Shown here: one piece after another, positions 8,102 to 18,255 of the stretch
How the letters are laid out: every line of letters starts with the position of its first letter
How positions within the stretch are numbered: position 1 is the first letter of the stretch
Assembly (NCBI GenBank): GCA_031459915.1
Contig: JAVKHO010000016.1
Location: forward strand, 9,851 to 73,850
Source: Candidatus Tepidifontimicrobium thermophilum
GTDB lineage: Bacteria; Sysuimicrobiota; Sysuimicrobiia; Sysuimicrobiales; Sysuimicrobiaceae
Reading direction: 5' to 3'
Length of the DNA stretch: 64,000 nucleotides
The notes under the pieces: generated by a model
Database searches by the model: none
What the model was told of the DNA's origin: nothing
The model's input: the letters and a program-made list of their open reading frames with translations, nothing else
Program-made: the position numbers and the translations under genes

Positions 8102-10576
8102 TCACCGCGCCGGCAGGGAGGTGAAGGTCAGGGAGGCGAAGCTGGGCACGCTCACCACCTTGGAGACCACCACCGCCTCCAGACGGTTCGAACCTGGCGT
8201 CAAACGGGACGTGACCTCGCGGCCGAGGAGCACCCGCCACACCTCCCCCGCCCGCTGCGCCCGGCCCTGGGCCACCAGCTCGTTGCGGGCGTTGAACAGC
8301 AGGTACTTGACTTCCTGGAGGTCCTGAGGCGGGTACGGCTTGTCGGCCTCCGCCACGCGGATCTCGAAGGCGGCCTCGCTGCCCGCGGTGACCTGCCGGG
8401 GACCGACAACACTCACGGACGCCAGCCGGGGCTCGCCGAACCGCAGCCACTTGGTCGCGGGGTCTGGGAAGCGGCCGAACCGGCGCAGCTCCACGATCTT
8501 CTCCACGGGGGAGACACGCTGCAGCAGGAACGGGCCCATGCCGACCCAGTAGTGGCCCCGGCCCGCCCGCCACGCAGCCAACAGCCGCCACCGCTGACGC
8601 GCCTCCTCCGGCTTGATCCACCGGCCGAGAGCCCGCTCGAAGGGGATGTAGTTCTCCGCCCGCGCGGCCTCCAGCTCCCGGTCCAGGACCGCCAGGGTGG
8701 GGCCGGCCACGTAGTTCAGCCGCTCCACCTTCTTCTCCGCGGCCTTGGCGGCGGTGAAGGCGGCGCGGCCCGCGGCTTCCGCCCGGATGCCGAGGGCCAC
8801 CGTGTGCCACGGGCCCGGTCCGAACCCGTACACGGGCCAGAAGCTCCCTGCCGCAGTCATCAGCTCCGCGTCCATGGTCCAGGAGGTGCTGTAGAACTCC
8901 GCCACCAGGGGGTCCTCGCTCACGATCCGGAACCCCCGGAACGTTTCCATGAAGGACTGGAAGCTGGGCACGTAGGAGCGGTCAAACAGAGGACTGTGTT
9001 CGTCGGCGCGTTCGAAGGTCAGGATCCAGCCCAGCAGGATGTCCCCCAGGGACAGGCGGTTGCCGTCGTGCCACTGCACCTTGCGGAACAGATCCTTCTC
9101 GAAGTACACGGTGCTCTTCACCAGGGCCTCCAGGCCCTGGGGGTGCTTCTCCCGCACTGTGACGAACCGCTGGGCACGGGAGTCCCACCCGATGATGGCG
9201 TCCTCGGGCACACGGATGGTGGGTGCGAAGCGCAGCTGAACCCAGTCCGAGTTCTTGGTGACCGGCAGCCCCTGCTTGACGGTGATCTCCACCCGCTCCA
9301 CCCGCTGCCGCTCCGGCAGCCCCGTGTGCGGGTTGGCGATCAGGGGGTAGTCCTGGGTGGCCCGGTACAGGGTGGTGTCGAAGATCCAGTTGGACCCTCC
9401 GATGGGGTTCCACGGCTCCGGAAGGATGCTGGGGACTCCGATGCGCACGACCCCGCCCGCGCGGCCCCGGAACCGCACCGTGTACGGCCACAGGAACGAA
9501 CCCGAAAGGCCGCCCGCGAGGTCCCCCACCAGCTCCAGCTCCGCCCGCCAGGGCCAGACGGACTGCCGTTCCACCAGCCACAACCGCACGGAGTCCTGCA
9601 GTGCCAGCTCCAGCGCCCGGGCCATCAGGCGCGCCCGCTCCCCGACGCTCCGGAAGTCGCGCTTGTTCAGACGGTCGCTCAAGCGGTCGAACTCCGGGCT
9701 GGGCCGGTACGCCTGCCACAGGGGACGCGCCAGTCCCCGCTTGGTGTAGAAGAAGTCGAAGTTGTCCGCCTGGTCGCGGTCGATCACCGTGCTGATCCAG
9801 CCTCCCGTGTACACGTGCCACCGGCCCTCCGCGGGGTCCTGGACGATCCAGAGAGGGTTGAGGTCCGCGGCCCGACCGTACCGGCGCTCCACGACAAACC
9901 CGAGCTGCTCCAGCAGACCCGCCACGTAGTCTCCGATCTGGCGACGTTCGTCCTCCACCCGGATGAGGAAGGTGATGGTGACAGGCCGGCCGCGGAACTG
10001 CCACCGCCCGCCCACCAGGTTCGCCCCCAACTTCTGCATCTCCTCGGTGATGACCGAACGCGCCCGCTCCGGGTCGTGCCGGTAGCGGATCTCCAGCCGC
10101 CGGGCCACGTCCGCCAGCCGGGCGTAGTCTGGGAAGGCGGTGTTGATGGGCAGCCACCGGGGGACCCCCATTCCGCCCATGATCTCCTGTGCGATGTGAC
10201 GGCGGTCCACCAGCCAGTTCATGGCCTCGCGGATGCGCGGCACCGCAAACGGGTTGAGGCGGTCCGTGCCAGGGAAGACGGGCCCCACGGGGTTGAAGGT
10301 CAGCTCGTGGTACAGTCCGTACGAGACCGCGGACCGCAGGGTGCGGGACTGGCGGATCCGGTTGGCGATCTCCGGGTTGGCGGTGGCGCTGAACCAGGCG
10401 TGCAGGTCGTTCGCCTCCAGCCGGCGGACCGCGGCGGCGTCGCTGGGTTCTTCCACCGCCACCACCCCGTCCACCCACGTACCCACCCGCTGGGCCTGGG
10501 CTCCCGCGGCAGCGGGCAGGACCAGGAGCGCCACCCAGGTCAGCGCCCACAGTTTCCCCCTGCACATGCGCCGCAT
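8102..10576 (-). CDS. Large family-5 ABC substrate-binding protein
   Basis: Signal peptide (AGAQA), FNP...NPF...IREAMNWLVDR; heads the ABC operon. Confidence 0.88.
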   Translation of the reverse strand: MRRMCRGKLWALTWVALLVLPAAAGAQAQRVGTWVDGVVAVEEPSDAAAVRRLEANDLHAWFSATANPEIANRIRQSRTLRSAVSYGLYHELTFNPVGPVFPGTDRLNPFAVPRIREAMNWLVDRRHIAQEIMGGMGVPRWLPINTAFPDYARLADVARRLEIRYRHDPERARSVITEEMQKLGANLVGGRWQFRGRPVTITFLIRVEDERRQIGDYVAGLLEQLGFVVERRYGRAADLNPLWIVQDPAEGRWHVYTGGWISTVIDRDQADNFDFFYTKRGLARPLWQAYRPSPEFDRLSDRLNKRDFRSVGERARLMARALELALQDSVRLWLVERQSVWPWRAELELVGDLAGGLSGSFLWPYTVRFRGRAGGVVRIGVPSILPEPWNPIGGSNWIFDTTLYRATQDYPLIANPHTGLPERQRVERVEITVKQGLPVTKNSDWVQLRFAPTIRVPEDAIIGWDSRAQRFVTVREKHPQGLEALVKSTVYFEKDLFRKVQWHDGNRLSLGDILLGWILTFERADEHSPLFDRSYVPSFQSFMETFRGFRIVSEDPLVAEFYSTSWTMDAELMTAAGSFWPVYGFGPGPWHTVALGIRAEAAGRAAFTAAKAAEKKVERLNYVAGPTLAVLDRELEAARAENYIPFERALGRWIKPEEARQRWRLLAAWRAGRGHYWVGMGPFLLQRVSPVEKIVELRRFGRFPDPATKWLRFGEPRLASVSVVGPRQVTAGSEAAFEIRVAEADKPYPPQDLQEVKYLLFNARNELVAQGRAQRAGEVWRVLLGREVTSRLTPGSNRLEAVVVSKVVSVPSFASLTFTSLPAR

Positions 10577-10624
10577 CCCGCGCACACCTCCCTTTTAGTG
10601 GTCAGAGCCAGGAGCGGTCTGCCG

Positions 10625-10996
10625 TCAGGACAGCACCGACCGGGCGCGATCCAGATCGCTCACGGCCAGGACGAGCCGTGTGCGGGTGGCCAGGTACGCC
10701 CAGTCGATGTTCACGCCCGCGTCGGCCAGCTTCCGGGCCACCGAGCCCAGGGTCCCTGGCTGGTCCACCACGTCCACCACGAGGACGTCCCGCTCCGCCA
10801 CCACCGGGATCCCGGCTTCCTCCAGGGCCCGGCGCGCGGCGGCGGCGTCCTCCACCAGGACGTGGATCCGACCCTTCCCCTGGAAGGGTACGCCGCAGAA
10901 GCCCTCGATGTTCACCCCGGCCCGGCCCAGGGCCTCCCCCAGCCGCGCCAGGGTGCCCGGGCGGTCTAGTAGCTCCACCTGCAGGTCCTTAGGCAT
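10625..10996 (-). CDS. Tandem ACT-domain protein
   Basis: DRPGTLARL...GVNI repeated as DQPGTLGSV...GVNI. Confidence 0.88.
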   Translation of the reverse strand: MPKDLQVELLDRPGTLARLGEALGRAGVNIEGFCGVPFQGKGRIHVLVEDAAAARRALEEAGIPVVAERDVLVVDVVDQPGTLGSVARKLADAGVNIDWAYLATRTRLVLAVSDLDRARSVLS

Positions 10997-11011
10997 CCTC
11001 CCTCCCCCCTT

Positions 11012-12025
11012 TCACCCGAGTACGAGGTACGGGCCGCGCCGCCACCGGCTGTCCAGGCGCCACAGCCCGGCTTCCCGCGCGTAGGCCACCGCCTGTTGGT
11101 ACTCGCGGCTCGTGATGGGCCGGTTGATCTCCGCGTACTTGGCCTCGGTGCGGGCCTTCCACGCCGGACGGTACTGGTCCATGACGTTCACGTACGTGTC
11201 CGGAGACAGCTCCGCGAGCCAGTGCAGGATCTCCCGGGTGTCGTCCAGCAGCCCGGGCATCACCAGGTGCCGCACCAGGACCCCTCGGCGGGCCAGCCCG
11301 TCCTCGTTCACCTTCAGGACTCCCACCTGCTCGTGCATGGCGCGGATCACCTGCCGGGCCACCTCGGGGTAGTCGGGGGCCAAGAGGTACTTCCGCGCGT
11401 GCTCTCGATTCGACAGTTTGAAGTCCGGCATGTACACGTCCACCACGCCGTCCATGAGGCGGATGCTGTGCAGGCTGTCGTAACTGCTGGTGTTGTACAC
11501 CAGGGGCAGCCGCAGCCCGCCCTCGATGGCATACGGCAGGGCCTCCAGGATCTGCGGGACCACGTGCTCAGGGGTCACGAAGTTGATGTTGTGGCAGCCG
11601 AGCTCCTGCAGCTTCAGCATCATGGCGGCCAGCTCCCGGGGCCCGACGTCCACGCCCTCCCCGATCTGGCTGGTTTCGTAGTTTTGGCAGAAGACGCAGC
11701 GCAAATTACACCACGCGAAGAAGATGGTCCCTGACCCGGCCCAGCCCCGCAGCACGTCCTCCTCGCCGAAGTGCGGGAAGAAGGACGACACGCGGGCGTA
11801 CCGGCCCACCCGGCACACCGCGAACCGGTTGGCCAGGCGGTCCACGTGGCAGTTGCGCGGACACAGGGTGCAGTCCCGCAGGGCCTCCAGGGCCTCTTCC
11901 ACCTTCCCCCGCAGGCGCCCCTCCTCGTACGTCCGAAGGTACGCGGGGGTGAAGTCGCGGTCCGGCAGCACGAACCGCCCGTTGCCGTGCACTTCCACGG
12001 GGATGTCCCGGGAGGCCAGCAGCAC
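11012..12025 (-). CDS. Radical SAM protein, PflX-like
   Basis: CNLRCVFCQN (CxxxCxxC), N-terminal CTLCPRNC...C, HFGEE, SGTIFF, VRHLVMPG, NVMDQYRP. Confidence 0.9.
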   Translation of the reverse strand: MLLASRDIPVEVHGNGRFVLPDRDFTPAYLRTYEEGRLRGKVEEALEALRDCTLCPRNCHVDRLANRFAVCRVGRYARVSSFFPHFGEEDVLRGWAGSGTIFFAWCNLRCVFCQNYETSQIGEGVDVGPRELAAMMLKLQELGCHNINFVTPEHVVPQILEALPYAIEGGLRLPLVYNTSSYDSLHSIRLMDGVVDVYMPDFKLSNREHARKYLLAPDYPEVARQVIRAMHEQVGVLKVNEDGLARRGVLVRHLVMPGLLDDTREILHWLAELSPDTYVNVMDQYRPAWKARTEAKYAEINRPITSREYQQAVAYAREAGLWRLDSRWRRGPYLVLG

Positions 12026-12036
12026 GCTTCCACCCC

Positions 12037-13236
12037 TCACGAGAACCGGAGGAGCGCGCCCACCCCACCGTGCCGCCGCAGGGTCCCCTCGGAGAGCAGG
12101 ACCAGCTCCGCCCGGTTGCTCCGCGCGAGCACCGGCAGCACCTGGGTAGCGTCCACCTCCTGTAGGACCGCGCCGCAGGTGGGGCAACGCTCCGTGGAAT
12201 TGGTCGTGGCGAACTCGCAGGCGGCGCACGTCCGCACCCGGGCCGCGAGATCCCGGTCTGCGGCCACCGTCAGAACCTGGCGGCGGGCTAGTGCCTGCAG
12301 CGTGCTCTCCAGATCCAGCACCGAGCCCGCCGGTCCCCCGTTGCCCACCAGGGCCTCCACCAACTCCGCTTCCCGCCGCGCCCGGTCCTGGCGGGCCACC
12401 TCCAGGACCCGGTCGCGGACCTCCCGCCACTCCTCCAGGGGAGGCACGGACACTGTGGCCACCACCAGACGTCGGGTGGGCTCCGGCAGCAGGTCGACCA
12501 CCGCCGCGGTCCCCTCCGGAGGACCGCCCACGATCAGCCGCTGCACCCCAAGCTCCTCCAGCGCCCGCGCGGCGGCAGAGGCCACGCCCGACCAGAACCG
12601 GCGGACGTGGTCCTCCACCCGGGCGTCGTACACGTCCCGCTGCGCCCCCCGGCTGCTGGACATCCCCATCCCCTTGGCAAACGACGGCGGCTTGCCCGCA
12701 GTGAACCGCCAGTGCTGCGTGTCCAGGTGAAACTCCTCGTCCTCCACCACCGCCGCCTCCCCCAGATGGGTCACCAACAGCCGCGTGTGGTCCCTGTGGA
12801 CGAGGAGCACCGCGTACGGCGTGTAGGCCTGCCGCAACCACAGCACCGGCCACACGTCCACCAGGCCGTACCGCGCCCGGTTCTCCACGGATACGGGCCA
12901 CACGAACTCCTTCCAGACCCCGTCCGCCGCGTACAGGCTGAGCCCGCGGCCGCGGGGCCGCTCGCTCCGGAGCCTGGCCTCCACGCGGTCCGCGAACTCC
13001 AACACCCGCCGCCGCCCCTCCTTGGGGAGCCCTTCCGCGAGGGACTGCAGGGCCTGGCGGGCCCAGATCCGGTACGCCGGCTCGCTGCGCTGGTTCTCGG
13101 GTCGGGTGGGGTCGGTGTCCAGGTGCAGGCTGAGGACCTGCTGGCGATCCAGGGCCAGCAGGCCGTCTGGGTCCGCGGCCTGGAGCAGCTCGGAGATCCG
13201 CGCTCGCCCTGCAGGTTCCTGCGCCACTTGGTTCAC
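12037..13236 (-). CDS. Bacterial aeRF1-family (baeRF/Balon-like) protein with zinc ribbon
   Basis: Three-domain layout: VLSLHLDTDP, YAVLLVHRDHTRL, RLIVGGPPE, CAAC...CPTCG, C-terminal HGGVGALLRF. No GGQ. Confidence 0.82.
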   Translation of the reverse strand: MNQVAQEPAGRARISELLQAADPDGLLALDRQQVLSLHLDTDPTRPENQRSEPAYRIWARQALQSLAEGLPKEGRRRVLEFADRVEARLRSERPRGRGLSLYAADGVWKEFVWPVSVENRARYGLVDVWPVLWLRQAYTPYAVLLVHRDHTRLLVTHLGEAAVVEDEEFHLDTQHWRFTAGKPPSFAKGMGMSSSRGAQRDVYDARVEDHVRRFWSGVASAAARALEELGVQRLIVGGPPEGTAAVVDLLPEPTRRLVVATVSVPPLEEWREVRDRVLEVARQDRARREAELVEALVGNGGPAGSVLDLESTLQALARRQVLTVAADRDLAARVRTCAACEFATTNSTERCPTCGAVLQEVDATQVLPVLARSNRAELVLLSEGTLRRHGGVGALLRFS

Positions 13237-13258
13237 CTCCTCCTCGCCACGCCCCTCT

Positions 13259-14269
13259 TCAGGGTACTGCAGCCCGGGGGTTCTGGCGCAGCACCACCAC
13301 CGCACTGCCCACCAGGCGGCCCCTGCGCAGGTCCTCCAGCGCCCGATTCACTTCCTCCAGCGGGTACGGGGTCGCGCGGACCCGCACGGGCACCTGCGGC
13401 GCCAGGGCCAGGAACTCCTCCGCGTCCGCACGGGTGAGATTCGCTACCGACCGCACCACCCGCTCCTCCCACAACAAACGGTAGGGGAACGACGGGATGT
13501 CGCTCATGTGAATCCCCCCGCAGACCACCACACCCGCGGGAGCGGTGGCCCGCAGGGCTTGCACCACCAGCTCCCCCACGGGGGCCAGAACGATGGCGGC
13601 GTCCAGGGGTTCGGGGGGCAGCTGGTCCGAACCGCCTGCCCAGTGCGCCCCCAGCTCGCGCGCGAAGGCCTGCGCCTGCCCGTCGCCCGGCCGGGTGAAG
13701 GCGAACACGCGCCGCCCCTGCCAGACCGCTACCTGCGCGATCAAATGGGCCGCGGCCCCGAACCCGTACAGGCCCAGCCTCCTGGCTTCTCCCGCCATCC
13801 GCAGACACCGGTAGCCGATCAGCCCCGCACACAGCAGCGGTGCGGCGTGCAGGTCGTCGTAGGCCTCCGGCATCCGGAAGGCGTAGCGCGCGTCGGCCAC
13901 CGTGTACTCCGCGAACCCTCCGTCCCGGTGGTACCCGGTGAACTGGGCCTTCCGGCAAAGGTTCTCCAGTCCCCTCTGGCAGTACGAGCACTCGCCGCAC
14001 GTCCAGCCCAGCCACGGGACTCCCACCCGGTCGCCTTCCTGGAGGTCGTGCACGCCGTCTCCCCGCGCCACCACGACACCCACCACCTGGTGGCCCAAGA
14101 CCAGGGGCAGCTTGGGGTCCGGTAGCTCCCCGTCCGCCACGTGCAGGTCGGTGCGGCAGACTGCGCAAGCGTGCACCCGAACCAGGACCTCCCCCCTGCC
14201 GGGCACCGGAGTCGGCCGCTCCTCGAGGATGAGAGGCCGACCCGCAGCATGGAGGACCGCGGCACGCAT
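13259..14269 (-). CDS. Zinc-dependent alcohol dehydrogenase
   Basis: CRTDLH, LGHQ, CGECSYC...[16 protein letters not shown]. Confidence 0.93.
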   Translation of the reverse strand: MRAAVLHAAGRPLILEERPTPVPGRGEVLVRVHACAVCRTDLHVADGELPDPKLPLVLGHQVVGVVVARGDGVHDLQEGDRVGVPWLGWTCGECSYCQRGLENLCRKAQFTGYHRDGGFAEYTVADARYAFRMPEAYDDLHAAPLLCAGLIGYRCLRMAGEARRLGLYGFGAAAHLIAQVAVWQGRRVFAFTRPGDGQAQAFARELGAHWAGGSDQLPPEPLDAAIVLAPVGELVVQALRATAPAGVVVCGGIHMSDIPSFPYRLLWEERVVRSVANLTRADAEEFLALAPQVPVRVRATPYPLEEVNRALEDLRRGRLVGSAVVVLRQNPRAAVP

Positions 14270-14285
14270 CGCTGGCGGGAGCGCG

Positions 14286-15269
14286 TCAGGAGACCCGGTG
14301 CGACCAGAGTACCGAGAGGGCCACGGAGGACACCAGCAGGACCGCGCCGGCGGCAGCCACCACGGACGAGACTTCCGTGGGCTTCCGCTCCCAGCCAATG
14401 GTCCGTCCCAGGCTGCGGTAGACGCGCCGCAGCTCATGAGCGGAGGAAGCGTGGAAGTAGGCACCCTCGGTGATGGCCGCCACTTCCTTCAACGTGTCCT
14501 CGTCCAGGCGCACCCAGATGGGCCGGCCGCCGATGTTCAGGAACGTCCCCTCCGGGGTGCCCACGCCCACCGTGTACACCTTCACCTGCTGGTCCCGCGC
14601 CACCCGCGCGGCCTCGGCGGGGGTGACCCCGCGGTTGCTCTGGCCGTCCGACATGAGGACCACCACCCCGGGCGGCAAGCGGCCGGACGGAGGATGAGGT
14701 GCGGTCTGCGGCCAGGCGGGCCGCGTCCTACCCGGCAGGGCCCACACGGCTTCCAGCAGCCCGTCCCCGATGGCGGTGGCGAACTCCGCCTGCAGCGCCT
14801 GGATCGCCTGGATCACCCGCTCGTGGTCCGTGGTAGGAGCTGCCAGCAGGGTGGCGTACGAGCTGAAGGACACCAGTCCCACCCGGGCGTTCCTCGGCAG
14901 CGTCCGCACGAAGTCCACCGCGGCCACCTTGGTGGCCTCCAGGCGGTTCGGCCGCACGTCCTCCGCCAACATGCTCCGGCTCACGTCAATGGACAGGACC
15001 ACGTTCACGTTGGCCGCGGGTACCGGCAGGGGCGCCACCGGGCGTGCCAGGGCCAGGAGGACCGCGGCCAGCGCGAGGCCGAAGGCCGCGGCGGGCAGGT
15101 GCGCCCGCCACGGGCGCGCGACCCGGGCAGCCTCCTGGAGGATGGGAAGCTGGGTGTGCGCCAGGCCGAGCCGGCTACGTCCGCGGAGCGCCCGCAGGTA
15201 CACCCAGACCAGCACCGGAAGCGAGACCAGCCCCCACAGCACCGCGGGCCACAGGAATCCGTACCCCAC
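14286..15269 (-). CDS. vWA-domain membrane protein (BatA-like)
   Basis: N-terminal TMs, MIDAS DVSRSM, TAIGDG, SDG, C-terminal TM. Confidence 0.9.
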   Translation of the reverse strand: MGYGFLWPAVLWGLVSLPVLVWVYLRALRGRSRLGLAHTQLPILQEAARVARPWRAHLPAAAFGLALAAVLLALARPVAPLPVPAANVNVVLSIDVSRSMLAEDVRPNRLEATKVAAVDFVRTLPRNARVGLVSFSSYATLLAAPTTDHERVIQAIQALQAEFATAIGDGLLEAVWALPGRTRPAWPQTAPHPPSGRLPPGVVVLMSDGQSNRGVTPAEAARVARDQQVKVYTVGVGTPEGTFLNIGGRPIWVRLDEDTLKEVAAITEGAYFHASSAHELRRVYRSLGRTIGWERKPTEVSSVVAAAGAVLLVSSVALSVLWSHRVS

Positions 15270-15287
15270 CGCAGTCCCCTCCCTACG

Positions 15288-16298
15288 CTACGGTACTCTC
15301 CGGAACCAGACCAGGGAAAGCACCCCGCCCGCCAGCATCAGCAGTCCGCCCGCCGCGGCCACCAGGGAGGTGATCTCCGTACGCTGCCGCTGCCAGGTCA
15401 TGGCCCTCCCCAGCTCGCGGCCGATGGTGCGGAAGTCCTCCGGGGTGGGCGGGTAGAAGTAGCGACCCCCCGTCACCTGCGCCACCTGCTGCAACCCGTT
15501 GGGGTCAAAGGGGATGAAGACCAGCTGGCCGTCCACCGTCTGGACTTGACCCGTGGGCGTCCCCACGCCCACCGTGTGGACCCGGACCCGGTACTGACGG
15601 GCCACCTGGACGGCCTCCATGGGGTCCAGCCCGAAGTTGGACACGCCGTCGCTGAACAGCACCAGGGCTCCGGGTGGCAGGTCCGCGTTGGGCGGCGGGC
15701 TAGGCGGGTAACCAGGCAGGAGCCCCTGTTGCCGCCGCAACAGGTCCTCGCCGGCCCGCTCCCGTCCGGGTAGCGCCCGGATCCCCATGAGAATGGCGGA
15801 GCCGATGGAGGTAGCCTGCTGGGGCTGGAGCCGGTCGATGGCCTCCAGGACCTCCTGCCGGTCCGTGGTGGGCGCGACCAGTACCTGCGCGTAGTCGCTG
15901 AACGCCACCACCCCGACCCGTAAAGACCGCGGCGTGGCTAGCACCAGCTCCTTCGCCATGCGCTTGGCCGCGTCCAGCCGGCTGGGCGCGATGTCCGTGG
16001 CCACCATGCTTTTGCTGGTGTCGATCCCCACCACCAGGGCCGCCTGGTTCGTGGGAAAGGGGATGGCGGCCACGGGGCGCGCGGAGGCCAGCACCAGCAG
16101 CGCCACCGCCCCCAGGTAGCAGGCGAAGGGCAGCCACGGAGCCCGCAGGGGACGCCCGAATCGCAACAGGGGGAGCAGGTGCGGGTCCGCGAAGGCCTGC
16201 GCCGCCCGCGCCTGGTACCGGCGCACGGACGCGTGGGCCGCCACCAGCAGCGGGACCGCCGCCAGCCCCACCAGCATCACCGGCCACGTGAACTCCAC
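15288..16298 (-). CDS. vWA-domain membrane protein (BatA-like paralogue)
   Basis: DTSKSM, TSIGSA, FSDG; same architecture as its neighbour. Confidence 0.9.
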   Translation of the reverse strand: MEFTWPVMLVGLAAVPLLVAAHASVRRYQARAAQAFADPHLLPLLRFGRPLRAPWLPFACYLGAVALLVLASARPVAAIPFPTNQAALVVGIDTSKSMVATDIAPSRLDAAKRMAKELVLATPRSLRVGVVAFSDYAQVLVAPTTDRQEVLEAIDRLQPQQATSIGSAILMGIRALPGRERAGEDLLRRQQGLLPGYPPSPPPNADLPPGALVLFSDGVSNFGLDPMEAVQVARQYRVRVHTVGVGTPTGQVQTVDGQLVFIPFDPNGLQQVAQVTGGRYFYPPTPEDFRTIGRELGRAMTWQRQRTEITSLVAAAGGLLMLAGGVLSLVWFRRVP

Positions 16299-17167
16299 CG
16301 CCGCCTCCTCCGGTAGGTCACGAACCGCACCAGGGGTTCCACGATGGACGTGTGGGTGGACAGGGTCAGCACGTCCACCCGGGCCTGCCGGAAGGCCTGC
16401 TGCAGCCGGGCTTCCCACTGGGCTACCCGCTCTCTGTACGCCCGGCGCACCGCGGGGTCGGAGGTGTCGACCCGCACCTGCTGGCCGGTCTCCGGGTCCT
16501 GCAGGGTCAAAACGCCCACGTCCGGTAGCTCAGATTCTGCGGGGTCGGTGATCCGCACCGCTACCACGTCGTGCCGGTGGCCCAGCTGCCGCAGGGGGAC
16601 CTCCCACCCCTCCTCCGACAGGAAGTCGCTGACCACGAACACCAGGGATCTCCTCCGGAGCATCCGGTTCAGGTCCCGCAGCACACGCCCCAGGTCGGTC
16701 CGGCCTGACGCGGGCGGGGTTTGCAGCCGCTGCAGGGCGTGCAGCACCCGCAGCGCCTGACGCCGGCCGGTCCGGGGCGGGATCAGGTAGGGGTGCGGGA
16801 AGAAGACCGCGCCCACCTTGTCCCCGTGCCGCGTGACGATGTAGCTGGCCGCGCCGCAGAACTCCGCGGCCAGCTGGCGCTTGAGGACCCTCCGGGTACC
16901 GAAGGCCATGGACGGCGACAGGTCCACCGCCAGCCACGCGGTGAGCTCCTTCTCCTCCCGGTACTGCCGGACGTGCAGGCGGGTGGTGCGGGCCGTGACG
17001 TTCCAGTCGATCCGGCGGACCTCGTCGCCCGGCACGTACTCCCGGACCTCCGCCAGGTCCAGGCTCGGCCCGTAGAACAGCCCCGTGTAGTCGCCGAACA
17101 GGAAGCCGTCCAGCCTCCGGACGACGCTAAACTCGAGGCGCCTCAAGATCCGCTCGGGCGTCTCCAT
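16277..17167 (-). CDS. DUF58 family protein (MoxR partner)
   Basis: EVREYVPGDEVRRIDWNVTAR, DLSPSM, VSDF. Confidence 0.92.
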   Translation of the reverse strand: METPERILRRLEFSVVRRLDGFLFGDYTGLFYGPSLDLAEVREYVPGDEVRRIDWNVTARTTRLHVRQYREEKELTAWLAVDLSPSMAFGTRRVLKRQLAAEFCGAASYIVTRHGDKVGAVFFPHPYLIPPRTGRRQALRVLHALQRLQTPPASGRTDLGRVLRDLNRMLRRRSLVFVVSDFLSEEGWEVPLRQLGHRHDVVAVRITDPAESELPDVGVLTLQDPETGQQVRVDTSDPAVRRAYRERVAQWEARLQQAFRQARVDVLTLSTHTSIVEPLVRFVTYRRRRRWSSRGR

Positions 17168-18164
17168 GGGGGTCCCCGATGTGCACCCTGGGAAGCGGCA
17201 CCCGCTCCAGGATCCGGTCGATGATGTGATCCGGCTGCACGTCCTCCGCCAGGGCCTCGTACGAGAGCACGAACCGGTGCCGCAGGACCTCGTAGGCCAG
17301 GTCCCGCACGTCCTCGGGCAGCGCGTACTCCCGCCCCCGCAGCACCGCCAGGGCCTTGGCACCCAGGATCAGGTTCAGGGGCGCCCGGGGGCTGGCTCCG
17401 AACTGGATGTACCGCTTCAACTCGGGCAGTCCCACACTGGCGGGGTCCCGGGTGGCCACGGCCAGCTGCACCGCGTACTCCATCACCCGGGGCGCCACGT
17501 ACACCGTGTCCGCCACCCGCTGCAGCTCCAGGAGTTGCTCCGCGGTCAGCACCTGTTCTGCCACCGGCCGCGTCTCCCCGGTCCCCCGCTCCACCACCTC
17601 GATCTCCTCGTGGACGGACGGGTAGGTGATCACCACCTTGAACATGAAGCGGTCCACCTGCGCCTCGGGGAGAGGGTAGGTCCCCTCACTCTCGATGGGG
17701 TTCTGGGTAGCCAGGACCAGGAAGGGTTCGGGGAGTCGGAAGGTCTGCTTCCCGATGGTCACCTGCCGTTCCTGCATGGCCTCCAGGAGAGCGGACTGGA
17801 CCTTCGCGGGTGCCCGGTTGATCTCGTCCGCCAGGACCAGGTTGGCGAAGATGGGCCCCAGCTCTACCTCGAAGGTCCCCCGCTGCTGGTTGTAGATCCG
17901 GGTCCCCACCAGGTCCGCGGGCACCAGATCCGGGGTGAACTGGATACGCTTGAACTCGCCCCCCACCACCTGGGCGGTGGTCTTGACCGCCAGGGTCTTG
18001 GCCAGTCCCGGCACCCCTTCGATGAGGATGTGGCCCCGGGCCAGCAGGGCGACCAGGATGCGCTCCAGCATCAGGTCCTGGCCCACGATGACCTTCTTGA
18101 TCTCGAACAGCACCCGTCGCAGGGTGCTGGCGGCCTGCACGTACACGTCGGTGGCGAGCGGCAT
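17127..18164 (-). CDS. moxR: MoxR family AAA+ ATPase
   Basis: EGVPGLAKT, RIQFTPDLVPAD, DEINRAPAKVQSALLE, ATQNPIESEGTY. Confidence 0.95.
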   Translation of the reverse strand: MPLATDVYVQAASTLRRVLFEIKKVIVGQDLMLERILVALLARGHILIEGVPGLAKTLAVKTTAQVVGGEFKRIQFTPDLVPADLVGTRIYNQQRGTFEVELGPIFANLVLADEINRAPAKVQSALLEAMQERQVTIGKQTFRLPEPFLVLATQNPIESEGTYPLPEAQVDRFMFKVVITYPSVHEEIEVVERGTGETRPVAEQVLTAEQLLELQRVADTVYVAPRVMEYAVQLAVATRDPASVGLPELKRYIQFGASPRAPLNLILGAKALAVLRGREYALPEDVRDLAYEVLRHRFVLSYEALAEDVQPDHIIDRILERVPLPRVHIGDPHGDARADLEAPRV

Positions 18165-18255
18165 GGAAGACCTCCCGCGCTGGTCCTTCGTTTCCTCGAT
18201 GCTACCCCGGCCGTGCGGAGGGGTCAAACGCAGACCTTCACCGTGCCGTGACAGC

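Noticed and set aside
7652..10969. 1105-aa plus-strand ORF and other long antisense ORFs (e.g. 13902-15773, 31824-33740, 41902-43629)
   Set aside because: Shadow ORFs opposite well-supported genes in high-GC DNA, with no recognisable motifs.
14286..18164. MoxR-DUF58-vWA-vWA as a novel system
   Set aside because: A widespread, already described MoxR-proper gene arrangement.
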